Shown here: piece by piece, positions 23,861 through 36,487 of the stretch
Numbering within the stretch: position 1 is the first letter of the stretch
Layout of the letters: every line of letters starts with the position of its first letter
Assembly: GCA_965649825.1 (NCBI GenBank)
Contig: OZ287712.1
Coordinates: forward strand, 1 to 64,000
Direction: 5' to 3'
DNA length: 64,000 bases
From: Penicillus capitatus
Lineage: Eukaryota > Plantae > Chlorophyta
Position numbers and translations under genes: made by a program
Notes under the pieces: model-generated
What the model was told of the DNA's origin: nothing
What the model saw: only the letters and a program-made list of their open reading frames with translations
Database searches by the model: none

Positions 23861-26683
23861 GGCTGCAGGAAACGGGTTCAAGGTAGAAGCGCCGACGAAA
23901 ATCAAAATGACAAACCACGCGGATTGCGCGACTCCGCCGTCATTTTAAAGGTTATGGTAGGTTTTGATAGGACTGTACCTGGTCCCGAACCGCGGCTCAA
24001 ACGGATCTTAGGGTCCAAAATGACGGCGCTGTCCTGATGAGCTTCATCTTCGGTTAAGGTATCTACATAAACAGGCAAGAGATAGTATCCGTTTGAACAA
24101 GAACTCAGTAATGAGAAGTGTGTCCACTCACGGAGTGCTTCACAGCCTCTGAGGTTAAGAACAGGACTAGGAGGTGCAAAACAAGTCAGCTTTCAGTTCT
24201 CACTCACGCCCATCGTTCTTGCTTGGTAAGTGTATAGTGATGTGGACAAGGGCTGTCCGTTCAGAGGAAGTAAGATTCTGATATTTGTTTCTTGGTCGTT
24301 TCTAGCTTGATAGGTGCATCAACGAAACCTTCTTGCCTGTTCTCATGCTAACACATGACGATGAGTGTCTCCTGTTGATCGAGCTCTCCACGAGGGAAGA
24401 TGAGTTGCTTCACCGATTTGCGGACTACCTATAGAGTAGTCTCTTCGAGGACCCTGAGAACAAGTCATGAAACAATGCACAGAGGACGACAGTAAGCATA
24501 CCGCAACACGACGAAGAAGCTGTGTTCATCTCTCTTGCTTCTGTTTTTCGTGCCAGTTGTCATTTGACAGAATTCCACAGCCGCCTTTTGTAAACATGAA
24601 TGATTCCTAAACGACAAACATAACACAGGAACCGGACAGCCGATTTCTTACATTAGTTCTTCGACTCGCATGTCTGAAATGTAAAACAATCAAACCTAAA
24701 TCATCGCAGAGTCTTCGGAAAGCGGATAATGGGAATAAGTCTGAAGTCTGTTTTCTGTCACACCCGACCACTAAACACCATCGGTAAGAGCATGATAATC
24801 GAGTTACGGAGTTGGATGTCGGACGATATGACATTGAGATCGACGTATTCGGCCACTCGCTCTCCAGTGAGTTTCCCGACTTCTGCAAACGTCTTAGTTA
24901 CGCGGATTTTATTAGTCGTTGCCGTATGCTGATAGTGTGATCCTCATCGCAACATGTCCAGAGTAAACAGCGATATTTGTGCCATCTACAAAGCCCTTAT
25001 CGGACTCCTAACACTGTCACTGAGTCGGAAAAAAGACCACAAAGGGAGGTGCGACATGTCAGCTTGAACACTTGTATAGTGGTGGGGTGGGTCGAGATGA
25101 TGGAACTGGAGCACTCGTTCTCGTTTTTCAAAGCATCAAGCATTTGGAAACTTGTAGAACTACTTATGAGTAGTCAAAACAGCTCATGTGAGATAAATCG
25201 GCGGTCATCTAACAAACAATAGATAAAGAAAGCTGACGATAGGGAAAGAACAGATCCTTTGCAAGAATACATGTTGCGAATTAATAACGGTCACCGAATA
25301 CATCAAGAAAACTGCCTTGAAGACAGTATATACTTGCATTCAGCATGCAAATAACAACCAGCTTTCGTGTGATGTCAGGAATCGAAACGCCGTGTCTGAA
25401 ACTCCGCAGAAAAACGAATGGAGATGACTTGTATAATAAGTACACCCACAGATCGCCGTAACGCATTAGCAAGGTCGCATGTGCTACTGCTCTGGAGATT
25501 GTTAAGTTTCTGAATTCACCGCAGTACAACGCACACGAATGCACAGGCAGTGTTCGTCACAAAAGTCGGATACTCGTCTTTATGCCGCAACGCCGGTGGA
25601 ATGTCCGGAACAGAAGCACGGATTCCGCAAACAGATCGGTTTCGTGACTGACGAGGGTTTACGTTCAAAGTCGCGATCTCCGCCAGTGAACGGCGCGCTC
25701 TGTCGGCCGCGCAGATGCAACAATAGATTGCTGACTCGGACATCTCTTTGATGCATGTATAAATTTGGACGAACGAACGAACGAACGAACGCGATTGATT
25801 TGACATCGGCCGTTAGTTCAAAGAGGTTTGACGACCTGCTGTATCTGCTCCCTCATACGACCGTTTGGCCGAACCAAATCGACCTCTTTCTTTTCGCATG
25901 CCACAAAGAGTAGTCTTCACCTGATCACATCATCAGACAGCAGTGATAGAAGAATGATTCGGTATTCTGAATTGAAATCAAGATCGAAATCGGTAGACTG
26001 TACTGAACAAGAATAGTCAATAACTAGTGCTTTAGGACTGTCTGGCTTGTCCAAATGAACACTGCCAAACTGCCAGCCGTCTGCGCTACAACGAGGATGT
26101 TCTTACGCATAACGAACGAATACTTTAGCAAAATGGCACTCTCAAACAAACTAGGTGGAACTTCCCTTGAGGGGTGAATCCAACTCCATTCATTCCTCGT
26201 TTTAGAGGTCGCCGACAACAATGAATTCAGATCTCTCGATGTTGATTTTCCTTATCGTCGTCGATAGACATCCACGTTCAACTCTACTATTGTGAAGAAG
26301 AACAAGTCTGGTCCGCGGTCTCTTTTCTGCTGTGTACTCCAAGAGAATGCAATCATAGAAGATTTCTGTTTGAACATGGAGTCAGTCACATGGCTGTTTC
26401 CTTTGCTAAAAACAAGGTTAGGGCTGTTCATATGACAGATCGCTGATCGATCTGGATCCACACAGGCAGATGTGTTCTCCTCGTCAGCAGCGATATTTGG
26501 AGGACATCAGACCTGCTTGTACAGAGATTCTCTTTGTCGCAGCACTGTGGACATCCTGCCTTCTATATAGAAAAGATTATCTTTGACCGAGAGATTGTGT
26601 GTTTGCAATGTCAATGGACTAACAACATGTCTTTCTCCATGGATCCTCACAGACAGAATGTCCCAATAACATGTGTCTTTCGT

Positions 26684-27422
26684 CTAATCGTCACCATCGT
26701 CATCGCCATCACCCCCTCCTTGTTTCGATCTAAGCAACACGCGATGTCTCATTGTTGAGTTTCTGAGAGAGAGACAAACTTTTCAGATCTCCTCTTCACA
26801 CGGCCAGGGCGACCTCCACCAAATGGACTGGTCACAGAGAAATCGATATGCTTTTCGCTGTCGACTCGGACAATAAAGGATGGTATGTTCACAATCTGCT
26901 TCCCCACACTGCAGACCATCATCGGCACACTGCATCGATATTACGATCCCTACCGAATGTGGCGCTGAAAGATCAATACACGTGCATGGTGAATGGATTT
27001 CGCCAATCCTTGTTTGAAGACCAACGTCTGCAAACGTCTCTCCAGGAAATTCTGAGGCGTCAATTCCAACACGTAATCGAGTTTATCCTGATCTTCTTGG
27101 AGAAGACCATAGCGATACATGCGTCTCATCAACGCCCGACCCTCAAAGATACGCTTCGGATCATTCTCATCCAACATGAGCAACGTCCGAGCAGCATTGC
27201 GGATCTTGGACAAGGCCACTTGAACACGCCATAGCTCTCGCTTGTTTTTCAATCCATACTCTCCGACCAGCTTCAACTCAGCATCCAGTCTCTCCTTTTC
27301 AAATGGTCGACGTGGACGCTTTGATACCTTGGTGCCTGAGAGAAGAGGGGATCGTTCAGCAGGGATCACCACGTAGAATCGGGAAACAGCTTACGTCGAC
27401 GGTAGTAGCGGATCTTCGGCAT
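26684..27422 (-). CDS. RPS9: 40S ribosomal protein S9 (uS4), 4 exons
   Basis: [33 protein letters not shown]...[16 protein letters not shown]|[23 protein letters not shown]...[10 protein letters not shown]; acidic tail ends in TAG. Confidence 0.98.
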
Positions 27423-27556
27423 GGTGTCGAGTCAGGCCGAACAGAGCTGGCGGCGTCGAGAGAGATGCGCTGGATGACTGACGATGATGGAAGACGCCTA
27501 TCTAAATCGTCACCATCTTCGGCGTCACATCCTTCCTTCAAGAAGAGATCTCGGAA

Positions 27557-30500
27557 ATGCAGGCAGCACTCAAAAAGTCGCTGCATCACTCCCCGAGGGT
27601 CTTTCTTCGGAAGATGTCTCCTTTCCCTAATGGATTGCATTCTGAGTCGCGAAGATCGCTGCACCGTCAGACCTTTGTAAATGATCATTTCATTCTTCAG
27701 TCAAGAAGACTGCCTTGTGTAGACGACTGCCGTGAGTCAGCGTTCATTCGATCCAGTCCGTGTTGAGAAAGGGATTTCATGGGAACGCAGTAAAGGCTTC
27801 GTCAACGCACTCGGTCGCGGCACCTCGACATTTCAAGACTTCCTGGCGAGCTGGGACCCTCTCTTGCCGTCGAGTGTTTATGTGTCTCTGTCGTAGATTC
27901 CTCAACTGACGGATTATTGGAAGCAAGTTAGCAATGAGACAAAGCTGTCTGCTCAGCTTAAGTATTGGGTCGATCGAGCCAGCATCTACAATCTACTGAG
28001 TGTGGCCGAACGCCAGAAACTGTGCAATGAGGTCGAGTTGCATCTCAAGTCGTCATGTCGCGTCGCATGGAATCTCCCATCGGAATTCGACGGTTGCTAG
28101 GGTGCTGCCAACACAGGAGCTTGATTCCGAGAGCAGACCTTCAAGACCAGTTGTGAAGTATGCTGAGCCTTGTATGGATGTTCTACCAGACTACACACTC
28201 ATTGGCATTGATTTTGAAACGAATGGCCTCGATAGAGAAGGACGATATCAGGTCGTTGAGATGGCGGCGATGAATTTCTCTTCAGGAAACGTGTTTCACT
28301 CTCTGATCAATCCTGGAGAAGGTGTTCGGTGGAATCGCTATGCCGAATCATCTCATGGTGTATCCGAAGACATGGCGGTGAATGACAATGTGCTGTACTG
28401 GGAGGATGTGTGGGATCAGTTTCTCAAATGGTCAGAACTGGAAGCAGAAGCGCAGAGTCTGGTGCTCGTGGCGCACAATGGCTTTGCTTTTGATTTCGAT
28501 ATCATCCTGCGCAAATGTCAGAACCGTATCAAAGAAAAGTGGTTCTACTTGGATTCGCTAAGCTATGCGCACCACTTATCAAAGAAAGGCGTTCTGGATT
28601 CGCCATTTAAACTCAGTTCTTTACGGGAACGCTTTGAGATTCCGCCTTATGGTAACACTCTGATCGGCAAGGTCTTTCCAATTAGCACATCTCTTTGTGA
28701 TTAGGGACGTCACATCAGGCAGATGTTGATGTTGTCGATCTGGGAAGGGTCCTGCATGCACTCTTCCTTCTTGACGGCGGAGGTCCCCAACAGTTGATTG
28801 GTACTAGCATACACAATGGCGAAAATGAATGGTGTCGGAGCTACGAGTCTACGGTTGCGTCACAACAACAGCGACCTCTCTTGATACAGAAACGGCCAAA
28901 TTATCTCAACAAAGATGCAGCACAGTCTGTTTGTCAAGAAATCAAAGAGAAGAGCGAGCCCGTTAGACGCTCCAACAAGTTAACGCAACGGACGAGAAGG
29001 CACACAAAGTCTCCATGTACAGGTCAGTCTCTATTACTTTCTTCAACAAAGGGAGATGAATGGTTTCAGATCGAGGACAACTTTCTCGACTCCTCTGCCA
29101 AGATCTCGAAGAGAAACGTTTCTTTACGCCCAGCATCACAAGAAAATTGAAGAACTCGGGATTCTCAAGTCTCTTGATTGTGCGCTGCTCTCTTCTAAGA
29201 CGGATGTTGCACGAGGCTGTGTTTTTACAGATTCTGAAGCACATACCGCGTGCGTATATTTATATGTCCGATCCGACATCCATGGCCGAAAGTTCGGAGA
29301 CGCCTGTCATGCTCGAAGCAACTGTTTCTCAGTGCAATGTCAGCCTAACAAAAGCTGGCGTTATCATCCAATGGAGATTTCAGCTATTGCATGGTTCAGA
29401 GTCCTGGACGGCGCAGAGCAGTCAATTCTGCGGAAAAACAAACTTAAGTCGGTTTGTCGCTCAAAGCAAAGTCAAGCGGTTTCCAGTCGGTACCGAAGTC
29501 GTCGTTGTCGGGAAGGTCACCTGGTACATCCTCCGCAGAAAACAGTGCGAGATCACACTAAGCCGGCTGATGCATGTCGAATCTCTCAAATCGCACTCAA
29601 TGCTGCCCATTCATCGTGCCAAGAAAGAAATTAAGGCTGAGATGTTTTATGACATTGTCAATAAAGCCATCGATGTAGTGGAACCACTGTCGCATCTCGA
29701 TGTCTATCCATCATCAATTTTCGAGCAATACCAGACAAACAGTTGGCTTAAGGCGCTGTTCACATTGCATCGCCCAACTTCCGATGAAGCTGTTCAGGAA
29801 GCAAAGAACACGATCAAGTTCCACGTACGCTTTCTTTCATCCCAAGCAACCCTGTTTAATCTTCCACTAGGAGATTGTTTGTCTGCACACGTTGCTGCTG
29901 TGCAAAACCAGAGAAACGGCTGCGGCGACCAAGGAGGATGTGTCATTTCCCATCGAGGAAACGCACATGCTTGATGTTTGCCGACAGGCTTTCGGCATGC
30001 CGTTGACAGAAGATCAAAATCGATCCATTCAAGAGATCCTTGAAAGCATGAGTGGAAGAGCACCGATGACCCGGATTCTGCAAGGAGATGTCGGAACGGG
30101 CAAGACCATTGTTGCTCTTATGACCATGTTCAATTGTTACGGGGCAGGTATTGTCTGCTACGCGGGTAGAAGTTGCGTGATGGTGTCTTACAGAATACCA
30201 ATCGGCCTTAGTTGCACCGACAGAAATTTTGGCCCAGCAGCACTACAGTACCCTCGTCGATCTCATTTCAAAATGTCCATCAGAGAGCCAACCGACGGCA
30301 GCTCTCTTGACTTCTTCCACAAAGATGTCAGAAAGAGATGAAGTTCTGGAGCAACTTGCTTCTGGAAAGATCCACTTGTTGGTGGGAACACATTCCCTGT
30401 TCAGCAAGAGTGTCCTCTTTAAGAGACTGGCACTTGTCGTCGTCGATGAACAGCACAAGTTCGGCGTGGATCAAAGACAGAGCATCAGGGCAATGAACGA

Positions 30501-31462
30501 CGTTTCTCCGCATCTGCTGATGATGTCAGCCACTCCCATACCAAGAAGTCTTGCACTGATTGTGTACGGGACAGTTTCCGTTTCCACCATCAGAACCAAC
30601 TTAACAGGGAAGCAAAACGTTGAGACGCACATCGTCTACGAATCGGACAATCAAGGAATCGATGCAATGTACCAGAAAGCGCTGCAAGAAGTAGAAACAG
30701 GCGGTCAGGTGTACATTGTGTTTCCGACCATTGCGCACACTGAAGCTAAAAGACTTGTCGATCTCAAGTCTGCGACCGAACAATACGATATATTGCGGCG
30801 AACCAGATTTGCTGGATGTCAGTGCGGACTCGTACACGGCAGACTATCTGGAGAAGAAAAGAGCGAAGCATTCAAGGCGTTTGCAAGAGGGGAAACACAA
30901 GTGCTCATCTCGACCACAGTGATCGAAGTGGGCATGGATGTCCACAAAGCATCCATGATCATCATCCATCATCCGGAGAGATTCGGACTGGCCCAGTTAC
31001 ACCAATTGAGAGGCCGCGTTGGTCGAGGCAACCGTCCGTCCACGTGCTATCTCGTCCCACCAGGTAAGGACACAGTATCCAGGTCATCGGCGAAATACCT
31101 GCTCGACACTCGCAGATAGAGTGCCTCGGCTGCATATCCTGACAGAAACGTCTGATGGGGAAGCCATTGCGACTGCTGACTTGGCAAATAGGTGAACACG
31201 CACATGTGACCCTTGCTTCGCGGCCGAATGCCATTGTCTGCTGAACAGAGGTCCTGGCGATTTCTTTGGGTCCCGACAGAGCGGATTCCAATCCTGGATG
31301 ACATTTCCCTTGACAGACCTGCTCGCCGATGAAGAGATTGTCACAAAAGCGAAGAATGCCGCCGAGGGTATTCTTAAAACGACAAGCGGAGAGATCCCAG
31401 AGCCGCTTGCGCAGATGATGAAGGCTCAAGGATTCCCTTCACTTGACGACTTTGAAATCTAG
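27557..31462 (+). CDS. RECG: Organellar RecG helicase with N-terminal transit peptide and an inserted DEDDh 3'-5' exonuclease domain
   Basis: N-terminal extension EKGISWERSKGFVNALG. Exonuclease motifs IDFETNG, AHNGFAFDF and HQADVD. Wedge-region HIPRAY. Helicase motifs LQGDVGTGKT, VDEQHKFG, MSATPIPRSLAL, TTVIEVGMDV, ERFGLAQLHQLRGRVGRG and RGPGDFFGSRQSG. Joined by ~47-55-nt introns. Confidence 0.92.
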
Positions 31463-31531
31463 ATCGCATCATTTTGTACTAGACCATCATCCATCATTAC
31501 GTTCTGACGCCGTCGCGGTCTGCTACTTTCA

Positions 31532-32861
31532 ATGCCGAAAAAGAGAAAAAGTGGCGCATCTGTTCCGGCTGATGCCATCTGGTGTTTCTACTGTGACCGG
31601 ACTTTCAAAGACGAAAGTACCCTCGTGACGCACCAGAAAGCCAAACACTATCGGTGTTCCACCTGCAACAAGAAAATGAACACGGCACAAGGACTGCAAG
31701 TGCATTGCGAACAAGTGCACAAAATCAAGTTGACTGGGTAAGAAACGGTAAAGTCACCAGATTGTTCGAACACCACATTCTTAGTCGGTGGACCCGGTTG
31801 CTCGATTCTTTGCTCTTTAATGAACATTCTGTTCACGTAAGCCACTTCTTCGGCTTTGTTCTCTTGCCTGCGTTTCTATTTTTTCTCTTCCCCTTTGATA
31901 CATTGACTAACGTGCACGTTTGGCTATTGCTCCATCTACAGTGTGCCTGGTGCCAAAGAAGGAAGAGAGAACATGCAGATCGAGATCTTTGGAATGGCCG
32001 GTATTCCTTCGGACGTTTATATGGGAGCACCACCAGGTGAACTCTGGTTCAAATGTTCAGTTCTTCCTTTACTGGTTACCTGTTCTGTTGGCAGAGCTGT
32101 TCAGAAAGGCAACAAAACGTCAGGTGATGCTGGGTGCTGCCTTGGTTGATGAGAAAGGCAACTTGCGACCGGACGCAGCGACAAACTCGGCATCTCTGAT
32201 CATGCCATCCATGCTAGTGCCACCTCCACAAACGCTTTTCCAGTTCTATCGCGCAGAGTACCATCATATGAAGACAACAGGAGGTGTATGCCATCTAGGC
32301 CACGTAGAATGGCGGACACCACTCCTGCGAAACCTGTCCAGCCAGCCTCTTATGGTTGTTCATGTCTTTCCCACCAAGAAACTGAGGGGCCCGTCTAGGT
32401 GGTCTTGTTTCGCCAGCGCAAGTGAATGCACTGCAGACCAACGCTTCACTTCTGTTTCCTCAAGGATCCTACGGAGCATCTCAGCCCAAAAACGGTGTAC
32501 TTGTTCAACAGAAGACAATGACTTCTACGCCCAACAACACTGGCACACAGGCGCAAGAGTCAAGCACACAGTCCGCTACGACACCGGGTTCGACGCCAGC
32601 AGCGTCGAGCTTTGTCTTCCCTCAGTCAGGAGGCTTTCCAGGTATCATCTCCGCCTTCAATAGACATCGAGCAACGGATGTGTGTGAAGGCATGTCGACA
32701 CAAACAAACAATCCACGATCACAGTTTGTTTGGAAGAATGAAGAACTGTCTATGGTATGTATGACCTATCACCTATGCTGATTGCCTATCTGTGATATGT
32801 CGTGCAGGAAGAGGCTAGAGCCAAGCTAGCCAAATATGCTTCGCCGAACAACTTAGCCTGA
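31532..32861 (+). CDS. ZNF207: BuGZ/ZNF207/SUF4-type C2H2 zinc-finger protein
   Basis: WCFYCDRTFKDESTLVTHQKAKHYRCSTCNKKMNTAQGLQVHCEQVHK; V..PN/GAKEGR..IEIFGMAGIP; C-terminal VWKNEELSM|EEARAKLAKY. Confidence 0.92.
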
Positions 32862-34687
32862 TGTGCTCGATACTATTCTTTAAACTGAATGCACTAGAAA
32901 TAACAACAGTGAGAGATGTACTTCGAGATACACGACATTGCTGTTATGTTTGTGCAGTTTCTTACTGGACCATCAACAGAAACATTGCGAACAGCAAGCA
33001 AGCAGTATGCGGAGTATTATTCGAAGTGCCTTTTGCTTTGGTGCGAATTTAAGCGCCTCTTACCGCTGTCTGTGAAATGATGCATCATTCAAATGACTGC
33101 TCATCAATTTCAAACAAGGTTGTGCCCGTTGTGAATCCCCACAGTGTACAAGAGCATTGACAAAGTAGGTCCCTAACAGGAGTGTCCACCAGTGAATTCA
33201 TAGAGCTATAGCAACATCCAAGTGCAGAAGAAATCGAGTGTTCCACGCCAGAGATGTCTTAAGTCAGACAGCACACGTTACCTCAGTAACGGACGACTGA
33301 TCAATCTCATTGATGAGTTTGGGATGCGTCATGTCTGACACGAGTCAGCCAAATTAGCAGATTGCATCAATGTTCTTAATGAACACGCGTTGTCTCTGAG
33401 GCGCTGAAGCAGCGTCGTTTCCTTTCGCAGGAGTCTCGCCGAACAGCGGGTTCCCTGTAATCAGCAGCGTAGACACGCTACCAGAATAGTCTTCTGTCTC
33501 TGGACGTGAAACGAAAGGTGCTGGCGAGGGAGATGAGTTGTGCAAGAGGTGAAGACGTGCGTGACTGGAAGACTTATTCGTTTCCATGTTCGACGGCGTG
33601 ATGCTTTGCATCAAAAGCGAGTTATGAACAGTGTCTCTCTGGATATGTGCTTTACAGCAACACCGTTCATATCGACTAAGACAGCAAGAAGAAGAAAGGA
33701 CATAGGGGAAAGAAAACTTCTTAATTACAAAGAAATTAGAGTTAGTCCGGTGCCAGACGCACAAGAGTGGTAGAGTGTCTCTCCTGACGGTGCCACTGAG
33801 ATACATTCCAGACATTACCAAAGGCACACCATGACCCAACGAGACACGCGCGAGTTCGTGGTTGCAAAAGAACTGACTGACCACCCACGGCGACGAAGTA
33901 ATGATTCAGAACAAAGGAGAAAGTCAGCTTCCATAAGTGCAGCATCTGTAAGGTAACGCGATCAAGATTTCCAACCGCACTGACATGTCACGGGCAGGAA
34001 CAATGGTCATCCATCGATTGAGAATGGCTTCTGTAGAAAAGTTGCGCAACGAAATAAAGGACAGCTTACATTCATGTAATGACATCTCTTGTTGGAGCAC
34101 TGACTCCCATGTTCCGCGAACGTGTCAAAACAGAAGTCGAGATGCAATGGAAAACCCCGAAATTGACTCAGACGATGAAAGCGGTTCTGATGTGAGTGAC
34201 TATGTTTTTGATGAAAATGCAGTGGGAAATGCATTATACTATGAAGATGACACGAAGATTGAGTCAGAGGCATATCCAAACACGCACGAATCGCACAGCG
34301 CGTGAGAACATACATGTGAAGTTCTTGATGATGTTAGTATATATTCAGTCCTTGTAACATTTGAACAACAACGCTTACGGCATTGAAGCTCGTTTGTGCT
34401 CCTGCTTTCCGACGCTTGTGGTATTGAAGCTCTTTTCCAGAATTCACTGCTAGATCGGTAATGTCGTCCTCCAAACTACGCGCAGTATTAAGTACGCCAG
34501 TGTTGTGGATGACGCAATCAGCACACTTCCGGTCAGTATTAGACAATTTCATCGGGGGGAGCAGTGTGAAAGTACACCAAATTGAAATAGTCAACAGAGA
34601 AAAGCGCAGAGAACAGTGTTACAGTCTGGCTGTTTGACTTCCGTATTGATACAGCATGAGACCTTATTCGTTTTAATTGTCATCATC

Positions 34688-35732
34688 TTAGATCCCTTCA
34701 CACGCTTCCCTGTGCCGAACTTCCTGAAGGGAATCGAGATGCACGATCAATCCACAAGAACCGCATTGAAGCTCTTTGAGATGCTCCGATATCACGCTTT
34801 GCACAAGATACGGACCCTTCCAAAATGGTGCAAATTTTTCGTCCAGACGACTCATCCGCACGTGGTCTCTGAGCCAAACACTCGCTCCTGGTTGGAGGAG
34901 TAGATGAGAAGGAGAGGATCGACTCTTGACAGCCTTTTCTCGGTGTGCACAAGATTTCTGCCGTGCTTGTGCTCTGCCTTGTCTCTTATCCAATGATACT
35001 TCAGTTTCCGATCGTCCTGTAGCCCAGAGCTTTTCTGGAGGTGCTCTAGTGACATCGTCTGCGGTTTCCCTGATCGTGTGTGGCAGGCTTCAAAAGCTTC
35101 ATCCACGTTGGTCTTCCATTTTCCTCATGCATCATTCGACGTAACCGTCCAATCAGATTTTGATTACATCGTTCGATCTGTCCGTTAGAGTGATGAGCAT
35201 GACCAGGAGCCAGCACACCTCGAATGCCAGCTTCACGAAGAACGATTGGAACTTTTCAGACGTGAAATATGAGGCAGAGTCGGTCAGAAGAACTTTAGGC
35301 GCTCCAACCTCGTCGAAAAGGCGTTGCAAATGACGCTGGGATGTCTTAGTACCTGCACTCTTCGAAGCCGATTTCCACAGGAACTTGGAGAGATGATCCC
35401 TTTAAGAAGATATACTGCACTCCTTCTTCCGCAGGCTTAAGAGGGCCGATAAAATCGACACTCCAAATATCCTTGACGTCGCTGACTTCCTCGAGCACTC
35501 CCATCGGGATGGCGGGTTTTGCTGCCTTGAAGCGTTGGCGTGCAACACAGCCTTCGACATAGGCTTTGACCGCTCTCCAAGTTGCTTGTCCACCCATTGC
35601 TCTCAATCGTTGCATGGTTTTCCGTGCACAGAAGTGACCTTCATGTGCCCTTTCCAGCATACATTGAGGATACAGGCATGTGGCTCTCAGATGAGGCATT
35701 CGAGAGAAGAAGTCTTGCATAATAATCCCCAC
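34688..35732 (-). mobile_element. Degenerate Ty3/gypsy integrase remnant
   Basis: Zn-finger AHEGHF...CVARQRFK (one Cys lost), DFIGPL, VLLTDSASYFTSEKF and C-terminal KFAPFWKGPYLV; stops and frameshifts. No LTRs found. Confidence 0.85.
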
Positions 35733-35986
35733 ATTCGCGGCAGTTGGGGAGAGTTTCTTCCGATTAGCAAGTGCTCATTATTGCGCACGAACGCTCCTTA
35801 CTCCCTTTCATTTAATGTGTATTGGTGCTCGGTGTAGGCGCCGTGGAAAATCATGTATCGACTATTAGAACCTCATTCAAGTTTAACATTATGATTGTTC
35901 TCTTCCCATCCTTCACATCTCAGCGATTCCGTCTGAGAATGAGCTTTCATTATTGACGCCGCCACCTGAAACAACATTCCTTCGAG

Positions 35987-36428
35987 ATGGTCAGTCGCAG
36001 CCCTTCTTGTGATTGTTACTCCACGTGCGAGTTTGCTCTCTAGGCCCGTCGCACAAAGAAGGTCGGCATCGTTGGCAAGTATGGCACACGTTATGGAGCG
36101 AGTCTCCGTAAAATCTGCAAGAAGATCGAAATCAGTCAACACTCCAAATACTTCTGCTCTTTCTGTGGAAAAGTTCGTCGGTCTAACATTCTCGTTATCT
36201 GTTGCTGATCTTCGACGCAGTATGGGTTCAAACGCGTGGCAGTGGGAATCTGGAAGTGCCGGCCCTGTGACAAGACACAAGCGGGTGGGGCATACGTCTT
36301 GAACACGGGTAAATCGATCTCCTCTCTGCAACTACTTTATTCGCCATACTGAGTTTGTGTCCTTGCCAGGCACATCAGTGACAGTCCGCAGTACGATTCG
36401 TCGTTTGCGTGAGCTTCAAGAAAGTTAA
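35987..36428 (+). CDS. RPL37A: 60S ribosomal protein L37a (eL43), 4 exons
   Basis: M|[41 protein letters not shown]|[25 protein letters not shown]...[14 protein letters not shown]. Confidence 0.97.
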
Positions 36429-36487
36429 GCAATGTGTTCAAACAAAAGTGGACTCTTTATTGTAAAAGAAGGCTGTCTTTGCATCTA

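Noticed and set aside
8000-26500. Endogenous giant virus or bacterial contamination
   Set aside because: No NCLDV hallmark genes or operons; recognisable genes carry the same short spliceosomal introns as the core region.
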